A DNA stretch of 64,000 nt from Candidatus Saccharimonadales bacterium (lineage in GTDB: Bacteria > Patescibacteriota > Saccharimonadia > Saccharimonadales > UBA10212), in assembly GCA_035758565.1 (NCBI GenBank), contig DASTXL010000002.1:147118-211117 (forward strand), written 5' to 3'. Under the pieces are notes generated by a model. It saw nothing but the letters and a program-made list of their open reading frames with translations. It was not told where the DNA came from and searched no databases. Each line of letters opens with the position of its first letter. Position 1 is the stretch's first letter. Below are positions 16,434 to 25,560 of the stretch, one piece after another. Both the position numbers and the translations under genes were made by a program.

Positions 16434-19400
16434 ATGGCGGAACCGGCACGCCAGTTTGATAACAGCGAAGAACAAGAGAGGGCCAAGCTGCGCGACCTAG
16501 GCGGTGGCGGCCAAGGCGGCGGGCCCGCTAGTTCGCGCGATAACATCAAGGCCGCCCCAGACCCGGTGTATGATACCAAAGGTAATGCGCCCGTAGATCA
16601 GCCGGGTCGCAACCTAAGGTCCGTGCCGGATAAGGACCAATTAAACAACGCCGAAAATAGCGGTGGTCAGGTCGGCGGTCTCGCTCCGCAGCACGAGGGC
16701 GCCTTTGAACGCGGCTACACAGGCCAGGGGAGCCCCAAGGGACTGTCTCGCTTTTCTCTAAAAGGCCGCTTGAGCCGGCGCCGCGCCGTGGTGGGCGGCG
16801 GCGTGCTGGCTGGGGGCATAATTACCGCAGCCGTTCTTTTTACTACTGTTTCCGGCCCGCTTGAGTTTATTCACTTTGCCCAAACGCTGACTCGTTTTCA
16901 CTTTTCGGCCCAAAACGACACCCAGGACGGCCGCTTTTTGAAAGAGGTTAGGTTTTTTAGGTACGCCAAATCCGGCCAGCTAGAAAAAACGCGCCTCAAT
17001 GTTTTTGCCAATAAGTGGGCCGACAGCTACGAGGCCAAGATTGGCACCAGCGGCTTATCGTCGGCCTACTCGCCGATTTTTCAAAACTTTGACGGCTATG
17101 TGGTTGACCGATCGCAGTTTAAAAACCCTGACGGATCCCAAATGAGCGACGACAAAATAAAGGCAACTATTAAGGATCAATACGGCGTCGAAGCCATTGA
17201 CGGCGACGGTTTAGCACACAACCCCGGGCTTAAGGGCAGGTTAGTTGTTAGCTCCAGAGATCTAAGTGCCCTGGAAAATATTAAGTTGACCTACGGACTG
17301 CTGAGGGCTCAGGGGCTAAATAAATTATCGGCCATAAACGGCACCCGTCTTTTGATAGTTCGCGACGGCGTCACTCTTCACCCGATAAAAATTTTGAAGA
17401 CCAAAGGAGAAACCGCCGCCGAACTAAAAAAGGCCGCCTATCAAAGCGAAAATCAAGATATTAGCTCTGGCAGCACTACAGAAGTAACCGCCACAGACTC
17501 CACCGAAAACAATTCTAATTCCACAGAAAATCAAAAATCTTCGGCGGCCAGCGCCAAAGAAGGCGGTGAAGAGCTGGTAAAGGCCGGCGAGGACCTGGCC
17601 AGTAGCCTGGAGTCTGGCGGAGACGAAAGCTCGGTAAAAAGTAGCGCTTCCAGTCTAAAATCCGGATTTCTCAATGCCGGGCTTTTGTATGGTACAGCCT
17701 GTGTCGTTAACGGCATCAATAAAAACGCTGCTACCTTGGAGCAAATACACGTTGTCGAGCCCTTAATCAGGATGGCAATGTGGACCATAGCACTTGGCAG
17801 CCAGATTCAAAGCGGCCAGGGCATAGACTTAGATACCCTCCACGCCTATGCCGAACAGCTCGATGGTATAGACTCTAGCAATAATCAATCCTCTTGGATT
17901 AATAGCGAGAGCATTCAAGCCAACCTGGGCCACGCCAACACCGGCGTGCCACCGGACAGTACCCTAAAGAGCATAAACGCCAATAAGGTTCCGTTCCCCT
18001 GGATGCAGCCTTTTTCCGGCGCGGTTGATGTAGCCTGCAGTACTCCAGTGGTGGCGGCCGGCGTGCTGGTTGGTTTCCTGGGCGGCGATATCGCTACGGT
18101 CGCGCTGGACGGTCTAAAGCAAGCTTTAGCAACCGACGCGATAGACCGCGTCGTATCACTTTGGGCAAGCGGCACAGCTATAGACCCCGTAGCCGTGGGT
18201 GCCGACAGGGGTAACGAGGCCGACTTTGGTGCTGCCTTGGCTGCCAACGATCATTCGATAGCTGCCGGCGGCGTGGCTCTCAGCACCTCGCAGCAATCCG
18301 TTCTTAACAACTTAACCAATCAAGCCTCAACCGCTGAATTCAATAGTCACAGTCTGGCCTATAGAATCTTTGACCCCTATGATCAGCGCACAGCAATTTC
18401 AAGCCTAATAGATAATTCCAGCACCAGCGTCACCCAAAACATCGCCAAAATGGGTTCGGCTATGCTAAACATTGGCCATATTTTTGGGTCCATCGGCAGC
18501 CTATTCAGCCCCAAGGCCCAAGCCGCTTCTGCGGTGCCTTATGATTATGGCTTTCCGATTTATGGTTTTAGCGCCTCGGAACTAAACGACTCTAGATTCG
18601 AAAATCCTTATCAAAACGCCTGCTATGTGGTTGGTGGTTGCAAAGATCCGGACACCGGCCAGCCGATATCTGGATTTTTGAGTGTTGATCCTGGCACCGG
18701 ACAACCCAGCCCTGAAGACCCCTACCTAAAAAAGGCGACTGCCTGTTTTGACGTTAAGATAGCCCCGGACGCCAACGGTAATTGGGCGGTAACCAGTTTA
18801 ACATCCGACGAAAATAATAAATTTGAGGTGTATAACAAGAACAAATACCCTGCTGATTGCGCCAACCCCACCGGACTTGATCCCACCAACTGGCAGCGCC
18901 TGCGCTTCTTTATATTAGACGAGGAAACAGCCGACAGTATGGGTTGCTATGCCGGCGACACCCAAGGCTGCACCAACATTGGCGCCAACGCTAACGACAT
19001 ATCGTCCAGCGGTTCTGGATCCGGGGCTACCGGCTCTACCGATACCGGCGATAACTCCCAGTTGGCCCAAAAAATCCTAGACTACCGCAGCACCGGCCAG
19101 TACAAATGCGACAACCCCGGCGACTGCACCGATCTACAAAAAGTGGCCAGCAACCAAAGTATTGCCGGCAGTGATGGCTGTAAGGCTCAGAATCTGGATC
19201 CCAAGGTTCTACAGCTAATTCTATATTTGATAGAGGTGGGCAACTTTAAAATAGGCACTTACGCCTTGTGCGGCGACCACAGCTTTGATAGTCTGGGCGG
19301 CCACTCTGGCGGTCACGCCGTAGACATAGATTCCATCAACGGCGTGTTTGTTAATAACGATTCGGCCCAGGCCAAAAGCTTAACTCTGGGCCTGGATCAA

Positions 19401-19592
19401 TACCTCAATAACAATCTGCCTTCCGATCTCAATATTAAGCAGCTAATCTCGTTTGGCTATGGCAACCATCAGGACTCCGATCTTCAGGCCCAGCAGCGCG
19501 CCAATGGTCAACTTTGCACTTCTTCGTGTCTGGGTTTTTATGGAATAAGTACAGAGCTAGAACACATGAATCATGTCCACGTAGGTTTTTAG
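16434..19592 (+). CDS. membrane-anchored T4SS-associated protein with C-terminal LAS-family (M15-like) zinc peptidase domain; functional analogue of VirB1/PrgK-type wall hydrolases
   Basis: Single TM VVGGGVLAGGIITAAVLFTTV. The C-terminal region (about nt 19060-19589) has GGHSGGHAVDID, matching the LAS motif (S/G)xHxxGxAxD, and a terminal NHVHV (HxH). Confidence 0.6.
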   Translation: MAEPARQFDNSEEQERAKLRDLGGGGQGGGPASSRDNIKAAPDPVYDTKGNAPVDQPGRNLRSVPDKDQLNNAENSGGQVGGLAPQHEGAFERGYTGQGSPKGLSRFSLKGRLSRRRAVVGGGVLAGGIITAAVLFTTVSGPLEFIHFAQTLTRFHFSAQNDTQDGRFLKEVRFFRYAKSGQLEKTRLNVFANKWADSYEAKIGTSGLSSAYSPIFQNFDGYVVDRSQFKNPDGSQMSDDKIKATIKDQYGVEAIDGDGLAHNPGLKGRLVVSSRDLSALENIKLTYGLLRAQGLNKLSAINGTRLLIVRDGVTLHPIKILKTKGETAAELKKAAYQSENQDISSGSTTEVTATDSTENNSNSTENQKSSAASAKEGGEELVKAGEDLASSLESGGDESSVKSSASSLKSGFLNAGLLYGTACVVNGINKNAATLEQIHVVEPLIRMAMWTIALGSQIQSGQGIDLDTLHAYAEQLDGIDSSNNQSSWINSESIQANLGHANTGVPPDSTLKSINANKVPFPWMQPFSGAVDVACSTPVVAAGVLVGFLGGDIATVALDGLKQALATDAIDRVVSLWASGTAIDPVAVGADRGNEADFGAALAANDHSIAAGGVALSTSQQSVLNNLTNQASTAEFNSHSLAYRIFDPYDQRTAISSLIDNSSTSVTQNIAKMGSAMLNIGHIFGSIGSLFSPKAQAASAVPYDYGFPIYGFSASELNDSRFENPYQNACYVVGGCKDPDTGQPISGFLSVDPGTGQPSPEDPYLKKATACFDVKIAPDANGNWAVTSLTSDENNKFEVYNKNKYPADCANPTGLDPTNWQRLRFFILDEETADSMGCYAGDTQGCTNIGANANDISSSGSGSGATGSTDTGDNSQLAQKILDYRSTGQYKCDNPGDCTDLQKVASNQSIAGSDGCKAQNLDPKVLQLILYLIEVGNFKIGTYALCGDHSFDSLGGHSGGHAVDIDSINGVFVNNDSAQAKSLTLGLDQYLNNNLPSDLNIKQLISFGYGNHQDSDLQAQQRANGQLCTSSCLGFYGISTELEHMNHVHVGF

Positions 19593-19593
19593 T

Positions 19594-20910
19594 ATGAGGA
19601 TTTTTAAATCTAATCAGAATCTTAAAAGACTTTCATTGATGATTGTATGTTCGATGCTAATGATTGGGGTATCATTTTCTGGCACTCTTGCTCTAAGCGA
19701 TGAGCAAATTAAACTATTTGATCAGGGAATTTACTACTTTGATGCCGCCTTGTCTTCCTCAACTCCTTACTGCAGCTTAGGTAGTGGAACCCTGCCATCC
19801 CAGGTTCCGTCGCCCTACAACGGCATTTTTACCGCTGCCGCTTCGAAGTTCGGCATACCACCGGCGCTTTTGGCGTCCATATTCTACGGCGGCGAACACG
19901 GCAACAGCTTTCCGGACCCGCCTCCACCTTATGGCCATGGAAGTCCGTGGGCCTCTTCGCCAACCGGCGCCCAAGGTCCATTTCAATTCGAGCCCAACAC
20001 CTGGCCATCTTACGCGCAGGACGGTAATGGCGACGGAGTTAAAGATGTTCAAGACTTAACCGACGCGGCCTTTGCAGGCGCCAACTATCTTTCAGACCTG
20101 GGCGGCAAAACCGCCAACAACGAGTCCGCTGTCAGGGACGTAGCTTGGAAATACAACGAAGGTCCCGGCGGCAACCCCAACCCCAACGGTTCTTACGCCA
20201 ACAATGTTTGGGCGGCTTTTCAGAGCTTTAGCGGTGGTGGCTCTGGCGCCCCTGCCACAGTCGACACTTCGACTACCACCAGCGCCCCACCTACTGGCTG
20301 CAGTGGAAGCTCCTCGCTCGGCTCTATAACCATAAATCAGGATGGCAGCTTTGGTACGGGCGACGGTTTAATGGGTCATCCGCCGACCATGATCGGCGTT
20401 CACTATACCGCTGGCAACGAACAAACGGTTCAAGACGTTATAAGCGACCTCAAAGACCCAACCGGCAGCAAGCACTGCAACCACGTGACCCATACCTGCA
20501 GCGTTCAACTAACCGTTCTGCCTGACGGCAGTATTTATCAGCTAACGTCTCGTTTAGATGTAGTGACCGAAAATATTATTAACTTTAACGACGCCGATAT
20601 TGGCATAGAGATTGTCGGTAAAGACGAATCGACCCTGCTGGGCAACCAGGCTCAGTTCAAATCTGTCGTGGCCTTAGTAGCCCAGCTAATGCAGAAGTAT
20701 AATATCAAAATGGAACAGAACTTCATTCAAAAATCTGGCCTGATGGGCCATATGGAATGCGACGCATGGAGCGGCGGTCATATCGGCAGTAAGTTTTCAG
20801 GTATATATAGCGGCGATAGCTCCGTAGAATCTACCGACGGCCACACCGACCCCGGGCCAACCTACATGTCTAACCTTAGGGACGCGTTAAGCAAAGGGGG
20901 TGTATCATGA
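19594..20910 (+). CDS. bifunctional cell-wall hydrolase: lytic transglycosylase (SLT/MltB-like) plus N-acetylmuramoyl-L-alanine amidase (amidase_2/PGRP-like)
   Basis: Signal anchor. GAQGPFQFEPNTWPSYAQDGNGDGVKDVQDLTDAAFAGANYL matches the MltB-type SLT pattern. The C-terminal half has IGVHYTAG...DIGIEIVG...GLMGHMECD...HTDPGP, matching the amidase_2 pattern. Confidence 0.7.
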   Translation: MRIFKSNQNLKRLSLMIVCSMLMIGVSFSGTLALSDEQIKLFDQGIYYFDAALSSSTPYCSLGSGTLPSQVPSPYNGIFTAAASKFGIPPALLASIFYGGEHGNSFPDPPPPYGHGSPWASSPTGAQGPFQFEPNTWPSYAQDGNGDGVKDVQDLTDAAFAGANYLSDLGGKTANNESAVRDVAWKYNEGPGGNPNPNGSYANNVWAAFQSFSGGGSGAPATVDTSTTTSAPPTGCSGSSSLGSITINQDGSFGTGDGLMGHPPTMIGVHYTAGNEQTVQDVISDLKDPTGSKHCNHVTHTCSVQLTVLPDGSIYQLTSRLDVVTENIINFNDADIGIEIVGKDESTLLGNQAQFKSVVALVAQLMQKYNIKMEQNFIQKSGLMGHMECDAWSGGHIGSKFSGIYSGDSSVESTDGHTDPGPTYMSNLRDALSKGGVS

Positions 20911-22265
20911 TAAAAAAACTGGTCAGCTTCTTTATTATCGGCATTTTAGTGGTTATTTTCTTGATCTGGCTCCAAGGTTATCTAACTAATGGCAATCTAA
21001 CAGTTACTAGCACCGATTCTTACGGCACAATTACTGTTACTAAATCGGGTGGTTCTACGCCCATAAAACAAGCAAAAAAATCTATGTCTATTAAGCTACG
21101 TAAGGGCACCTACAATGTTTCAATTACAGGAAATTCGGTGGGGGCTAGCCAATCAGTTGCGGTTAAAGCTCATCATAATACCAGCCTGCAGCTCAACCCC
21201 CCTCAGCCGATCGGGGTGGAGCCAGTGGTCGGTGTAGGCGGCGCCGATATATCAGCCAACAGCCAGGACTTATATTTTATAAACGGCACTAGCCGAGGCT
21301 TAAATCATCTGGATTCCAACAACCAGATGCACACAGTCGGTGATGTTTCTACGTTAATATCCGCTCAGTGGGCCGCACCGGGCAGGGGTGTCGTTCAGGA
21401 CGACAACGGCAATCTTTATTCGGTTTCCGGCGATAGTCTTAACAGGTTGTCCCTACCAGTCTCGCCGGCAAATTATCTGGCGGTAGCCCCCAACGGCGAT
21501 ACCTATTACTCCAGTGGCACAAAGGTCTTTAAGGGCACGCTAAGCGGCTCTTTTAAGCAAGTCTACACCGCCAAACAGTCGTTTACTTCACTCGCCGCCT
21601 TTAACGACGGCGTGGCAGTCATAGGTAGTCCGGCGGCCGACAACGGCAAGTCGGATGCCGGCTTTGCGGCTATTATGTTCAATACCGGCAAGGTTGTGTC
21701 CAAAAAAATATCTCTTTATGGCAGTTTTGCTTGGTCACCAAACGGCAAGCACCTAGCCAGCGTCGGTAATTTGACTTACGAGATTCTAGACCAAAACCTA
21801 AACGTGGTTGCTAGTATTCCAAATAGTTCAATCGCTAACCCTATGTGGGTTGATTCCAACACTTTGCTTTACACATCCAAGGACACGCTGTGGTCGTACA
21901 ACATGTCTAGCGGCAAAGCCGGTCTTATAGCCAATATGCCGCTTGGCGACCCCATACTCAACGGCAGTGTTGGCCAAACAGGTGATTATGCATATCTAAA
22001 TGTTAGCGACCAGTCGCGTGGTCAACTTATTAAACGCGTAGCCCTGAAGGGGCAACAAGTTTCAAAAGAGATTTATGAGCTTCAAAGCATCATGCCAGAA
22101 AACATTGGTGAATGCACCGCCGATCTGGTTAATTTTACAGGTTTAACCATCCGGGTTAGGGACCTTGGCGAAGGCCCAAGCAACTCTTCCTGCCAAAGCG
22201 TTATTCAAAACGACTTAAGCTCTCGTGGCATTGATTTAAAGACCCTGAATTTTACTCAAGACTAG
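20907..22265 (+). CDS. membrane-anchored exported protein, probable beta-sandwich plus beta-propeller (TolB/PD40-like repeats)
   Basis: N-terminal TM LVSFFIIGILVVIFLIWL. Repetitive beta-strand-rich sequence with SPNGKHLASVG-type segments. ATGA-coupled to the hydrolase gene. Confidence 0.45.
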   Translation: MIKKLVSFFIIGILVVIFLIWLQGYLTNGNLTVTSTDSYGTITVTKSGGSTPIKQAKKSMSIKLRKGTYNVSITGNSVGASQSVAVKAHHNTSLQLNPPQPIGVEPVVGVGGADISANSQDLYFINGTSRGLNHLDSNNQMHTVGDVSTLISAQWAAPGRGVVQDDNGNLYSVSGDSLNRLSLPVSPANYLAVAPNGDTYYSSGTKVFKGTLSGSFKQVYTAKQSFTSLAAFNDGVAVIGSPAADNGKSDAGFAAIMFNTGKVVSKKISLYGSFAWSPNGKHLASVGNLTYEILDQNLNVVASIPNSSIANPMWVDSNTLLYTSKDTLWSYNMSSGKAGLIANMPLGDPILNGSVGQTGDYAYLNVSDQSRGQLIKRVALKGQQVSKEIYELQSIMPENIGECTADLVNFTGLTIRVRDLGEGPSNSSCQSVIQNDLSSRGIDLKTLNFTQD

Positions 22266-22327
22266 CCCATCATTGACATTTTGGGCAATTAATGGTAGGC
22301 TTTTCAGTAAGTTAAGCAAAAACAAAA

Positions 22328-23104
22328 ATGAGCGAAGCAAAAAAATCAAACGAAAGAAGCTGGCGCCAAACAGGTATGCTTATTGGAGCTGTAGGCGCTA
22401 GTGCGCTATCCTTGTTCGCTGGTAAGGCTGGTGCTGCTCGCATGGACTCGGCCCCCTCAGGCGCGACCCCTACGGCATCAGCAGAACTTATGAAGAAGCC
22501 GATTGGCCCCGTGCCGCCAGGTCTGGAGAAGTATGTTGTTCGCACCGACCAAGAGCGCGCAGCCCAGAGCCAAGAAGTAGATCAGCGCCCAATGACTGGT
22601 TGGAACGGTGTTCTGGTTGTCCATTCTGCCACTAAGATCCCGGGCGAGTTATGGTTAACGGACACCCCAACCGACTATAGCATAGGCCATGCTCATTTTG
22701 TGGGCGATTCTAACTTTTCCAAACATCCGTATAAACTGAAGAGTGGAACTAATTATATATTCTATAAACCCGACTTATTCACCATGAAGTTTGGCAACCA
22801 AGTTAGGACTTTTGTTAGGGCTTATAATGCTGGTGATTTTAAGGTTACAGTCTTCGATTTAACGTTTGCTGAACAAATAGGTGCGGTTGACTCTTATTCT
22901 ATCGATGGTAAAAAGCCTGCGACCTTCAACGATAAAAAACGCGGCAATGATTTACCAGTTTGGAATAACCTATTTGTACCCACAGGGGATAGGGTAGACG
23001 GTATCCATAGTTTTCAGTTCGGTGTTCCTGTTCAAGGCACTGATCACGAAGCCAAGATATACACCTTAACTCCTAGCAAGGTGTTGCCGCCAGTTCGTCA
23101 TTAA
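22328..23104 (+). CDS. hypothetical exported protein (last gene before recF)
   Basis: 258-aa ORF. N-terminal hydrophobic segment GMLIGAVGASALSLFAGKAGA. No recognisable motif. Confidence 0.5.
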   Translation: MSEAKKSNERSWRQTGMLIGAVGASALSLFAGKAGAARMDSAPSGATPTASAELMKKPIGPVPPGLEKYVVRTDQERAAQSQEVDQRPMTGWNGVLVVHSATKIPGELWLTDTPTDYSIGHAHFVGDSNFSKHPYKLKSGTNYIFYKPDLFTMKFGNQVRTFVRAYNAGDFKVTVFDLTFAEQIGAVDSYSIDGKKPATFNDKKRGNDLPVWNNLFVPTGDRVDGIHSFQFGVPVQGTDHEAKIYTLTPSKVLPPVRH

Positions 23105-24162
23105 AGCTTCGACATGGTTATAAGGTTGGTGTTCTTGAAAAAATAGCCAAGCGTACTGTCGGCGTCGGTTGTGGTTAGAATTGATTGGTGGTCTTTTAGC
23201 ATATCAACGAGAGCTTGGCGGCGGGCTCCATCTAACTCTGAAAGCACGTCGTCGAGCAGAAGGATTGGTTTTTGGCCGCGGGCCTGCTCGATAATGGCCA
23301 GTTCAAGTTTTTTGAGACTCAAGAGCATGGTGCGGATTTCGCCGCGTGACGCCGTAGCGCTTATTGGTTGATTGTTGATTTTAATAATAATGTCTTCGCG
23401 ATGAGGGCCGAACAGAGTGAAACCGCGCTCTAGCTCTTTATTCAAACTTTTTTCGAGGTTGGCCACCATGCGGCTAGCGTAGTTTTCGATGGGCATTTGG
23501 TGGTCGTAGCTAATTTCTACTTTGGTATTTTTGCCGGCAATTTGGCTGTAAGTTTTGGCTAGGTTTTTGTTTAAATCTTCTACAGCCCGGTTGCGTTGTT
23601 CGGCTATTTTACTGCCATGCTCCGCCAAGCGGATATTCCAGGCAAAAATTTGTTGGCTGGCTAGCAACGAACCTTTTTTTAGAAGAGCGTTTCTTTGGAC
23701 GAGGGTGCGGCGATAGGCCGCCGACAGGGATTTAAAGCCCGTAACTGACCGCTCTAAAAGGTCGTCTAGGTATTCACGGCGGCGGTCCGGTCCGCGGGTT
23801 ATGGCTTGCAGGTGTTCTGGTTCAAAAAGAACAATTGGTAGGCTGCGCTCTAGGTTAATCCGCTTAAATGGTTGATTGTTTATAAGGTAGGTTTTAGTTA
23901 ATGATTCATCGTTTTGTTCCAGCTTAAGCGAGCGTTCCTGACCAGCAAAAAACCCATCAAGCCGTGTCCACGACGCGTGATGACGCATTAAATTTACATC
24001 TTTGGCTTTATACGAGCTTCCGTGGGCTAAAACCACTATAGCCTCTAGTAGGTTAGTTTTGCCGGAAGCGTTTGGGCCGACAACTATGTTGACGCCGGGC
24101 TCAAACTCAAATGAGCCGTCTTTATAGGATCGGAAGTTTTGCAACCGGATGCTGGTAATCAT
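23101..24162 (-). CDS. recF: DNA replication and repair protein RecF
   Basis: MITSIRLQNFRSYKD...VVGPNASGKTNLLEAI (Walker A). C-terminal LLLDDVLSELD. Canonical position after dnaN. Confidence 0.92.
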   Translation of the reverse strand: MITSIRLQNFRSYKDGSFEFEPGVNIVVGPNASGKTNLLEAIVVLAHGSSYKAKDVNLMRHHASWTRLDGFFAGQERSLKLEQNDESLTKTYLINNQPFKRINLERSLPIVLFEPEHLQAITRGPDRRREYLDDLLERSVTGFKSLSAAYRRTLVQRNALLKKGSLLASQQIFAWNIRLAEHGSKIAEQRNRAVEDLNKNLAKTYSQIAGKNTKVEISYDHQMPIENYASRMVANLEKSLNKELERGFTLFGPHREDIIIKINNQPISATASRGEIRTMLLSLKKLELAIIEQARGQKPILLLDDVLSELDGARRQALVDMLKDHQSILTTTDADSTLGYFFKNTNLITMSKL

Positions 24163-24180
24163 TTATATAGCTTAGCTGAT

Positions 24181-25272
24181 TTAGCTGCGAAGAGGCATGA
24201 TTAGGTGGAGGTAGTCGGGTTCGCTGGCGCTGCGTAAAATGCAAGGCTCAAGCTTACCGTTGAAGCAGAATTCCACCATCTCGCCAGAAAATGCGTTTAG
24301 CGCGTCGATCAAATAACGCGAGTTTAGGGTTACTTCGCCGTCGGCAGTAACTTCAGCTTCGGCTGAGGCTGTGTTTTCGCCCAATTGAGAAGCAATGGCG
24401 TTAATACTAACCTTGGCGCCAGTTTTGCTGGCATTAATTGTAATGCTGCCAGCACTTTCGCGGGCGAATAAACTAGAAACCTTAGCTATGTTAGCTAATT
24501 CGGCGCGCTTTAATTTGGCAACCGTGGCAAACTTCGACGGAATTAGTTTTTTGTAGTCTGGATAATTGCCTTCGATCAATCTGGCGACCAAGGTAATATC
24601 GCCGGATTCAAAACGAACCTGCTGATCGTCGTGGGTAATTAACACCTCGCTATCGGCGTCATTGATTATGCGCAGTAAGTCTTGAGCGGCGCTAGCCGGC
24701 AATAAGAAATTAACTTGGTCTTTGGCTTTAGCTATAGTCGATTCTGCTAGACGGTAGCTGTCGGTGGCGGCGATGTTTATTCCTTTAGGGCCATTGCCAA
24801 AATAAACTCCTGTCAAAACCGGACGAGCATCGTCGCTACTAGCCGCAAACACGACTTGGCTTAGAGATTTTTTGAGCTGGTCGGTTGACATACTCCATGT
24901 CGATCCGCCACTAATTGCCGGCATGACAGGGAAGTCATCGGCACTAATTCCGTTAATTGTTGACTGATACTTGTCGGTTGTTATATGAAGTTTATTGTCG
25001 CTTAAATCAAAATTAATTACTTCATCCGGCAGGCTACTTATGAAGTCCTGCATCAGACGAGCGGGCACGGTGATGGCGCCTTCTGTCTCGATTTTAGATC
25101 CGACAAAATGAGTGATGGCAATATCGAGGTTGGTGGCCGCAATGCTTAAACGGTTATTCTCGGCTTTTAATAGAACATTGGCGAGTATTGGCAAGGTATT
25201 GCGAGTATTGGCTATACGAGCGACGGAATTTAAAGCCTTGCTTAAATTGGCTTGAGTGACTTGCAGCTTCAT
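24181..25272 (-). CDS. dnaN: DNA polymerase III beta sliding clamp
   Basis: 363 aa. MKLQVTQANLSKALNSVARIANTRNTLPILANVLL... Three-domain length. Follows dnaA. Confidence 0.92.
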   Translation of the reverse strand: MKLQVTQANLSKALNSVARIANTRNTLPILANVLLKAENNRLSIAATNLDIAITHFVGSKIETEGAITVPARLMQDFISSLPDEVINFDLSDNKLHITTDKYQSTINGISADDFPVMPAISGGSTWSMSTDQLKKSLSQVVFAASSDDARPVLTGVYFGNGPKGINIAATDSYRLAESTIAKAKDQVNFLLPASAAQDLLRIINDADSEVLITHDDQQVRFESGDITLVARLIEGNYPDYKKLIPSKFATVAKLKRAELANIAKVSSLFARESAGSITINASKTGAKVSINAIASQLGENTASAEAEVTADGEVTLNSRYLIDALNAFSGEMVEFCFNGKLEPCILRSASEPDYLHLIMPLRS

Positions 25273-25560
25273 AAATTAAATCCTCTATTTAATTTATTAG
25301 TATTTATTGATCTTGCGGAAAATGGGTAAAAAACCACACCAAACAGAGGTAATTTGACTAACTTTGCTTGTGCAAAAATACTAAACACTTGTGAATAAAG
25401 TGAGTTTAAAAAGCGCACAACCGCGAACATGCGTGATATTTTTAACAGAACATTGTGGACGAGCGTGATTAAGTTAAAGGTTTGTGCCACGGCTTTCCAG
25501 GCTTTATCCACGCCGTTTACACAACCAAAAAACGCGTTAAAAGCCAAACCAAAGTAAGAT
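25273..25560. promoter_or_regulatory. oriC candidate (dnaA-dnaN intergenic DnaA-box cluster plus AT-rich unwinding region)
   Basis: DnaA-box-like 9-mers: AAAACCACA 25330-25338, TGTGCAAAA 25369-25377, TGTGAATAA 25390-25398, TGTGGACGA 25454-25462, TTATCCACG 25504-25512. AT-rich tract at 25273-25315 next to dnaN. Confidence 0.7.

Noticed and set aside
9245-19000. Numerous 60-160-aa ORFs on the opposite strand or in alternative frames inside the T4SS genes (for example 10534-11004, 12126-12545, 13603-13992, 15212-15589, 17915-18247)
   Set aside because: All are fully embedded in long, motif-supported ORFs. Their compositions are Arg/Pro/Ser-biased, as is typical of antisense or off-frame translation of coding sequence.
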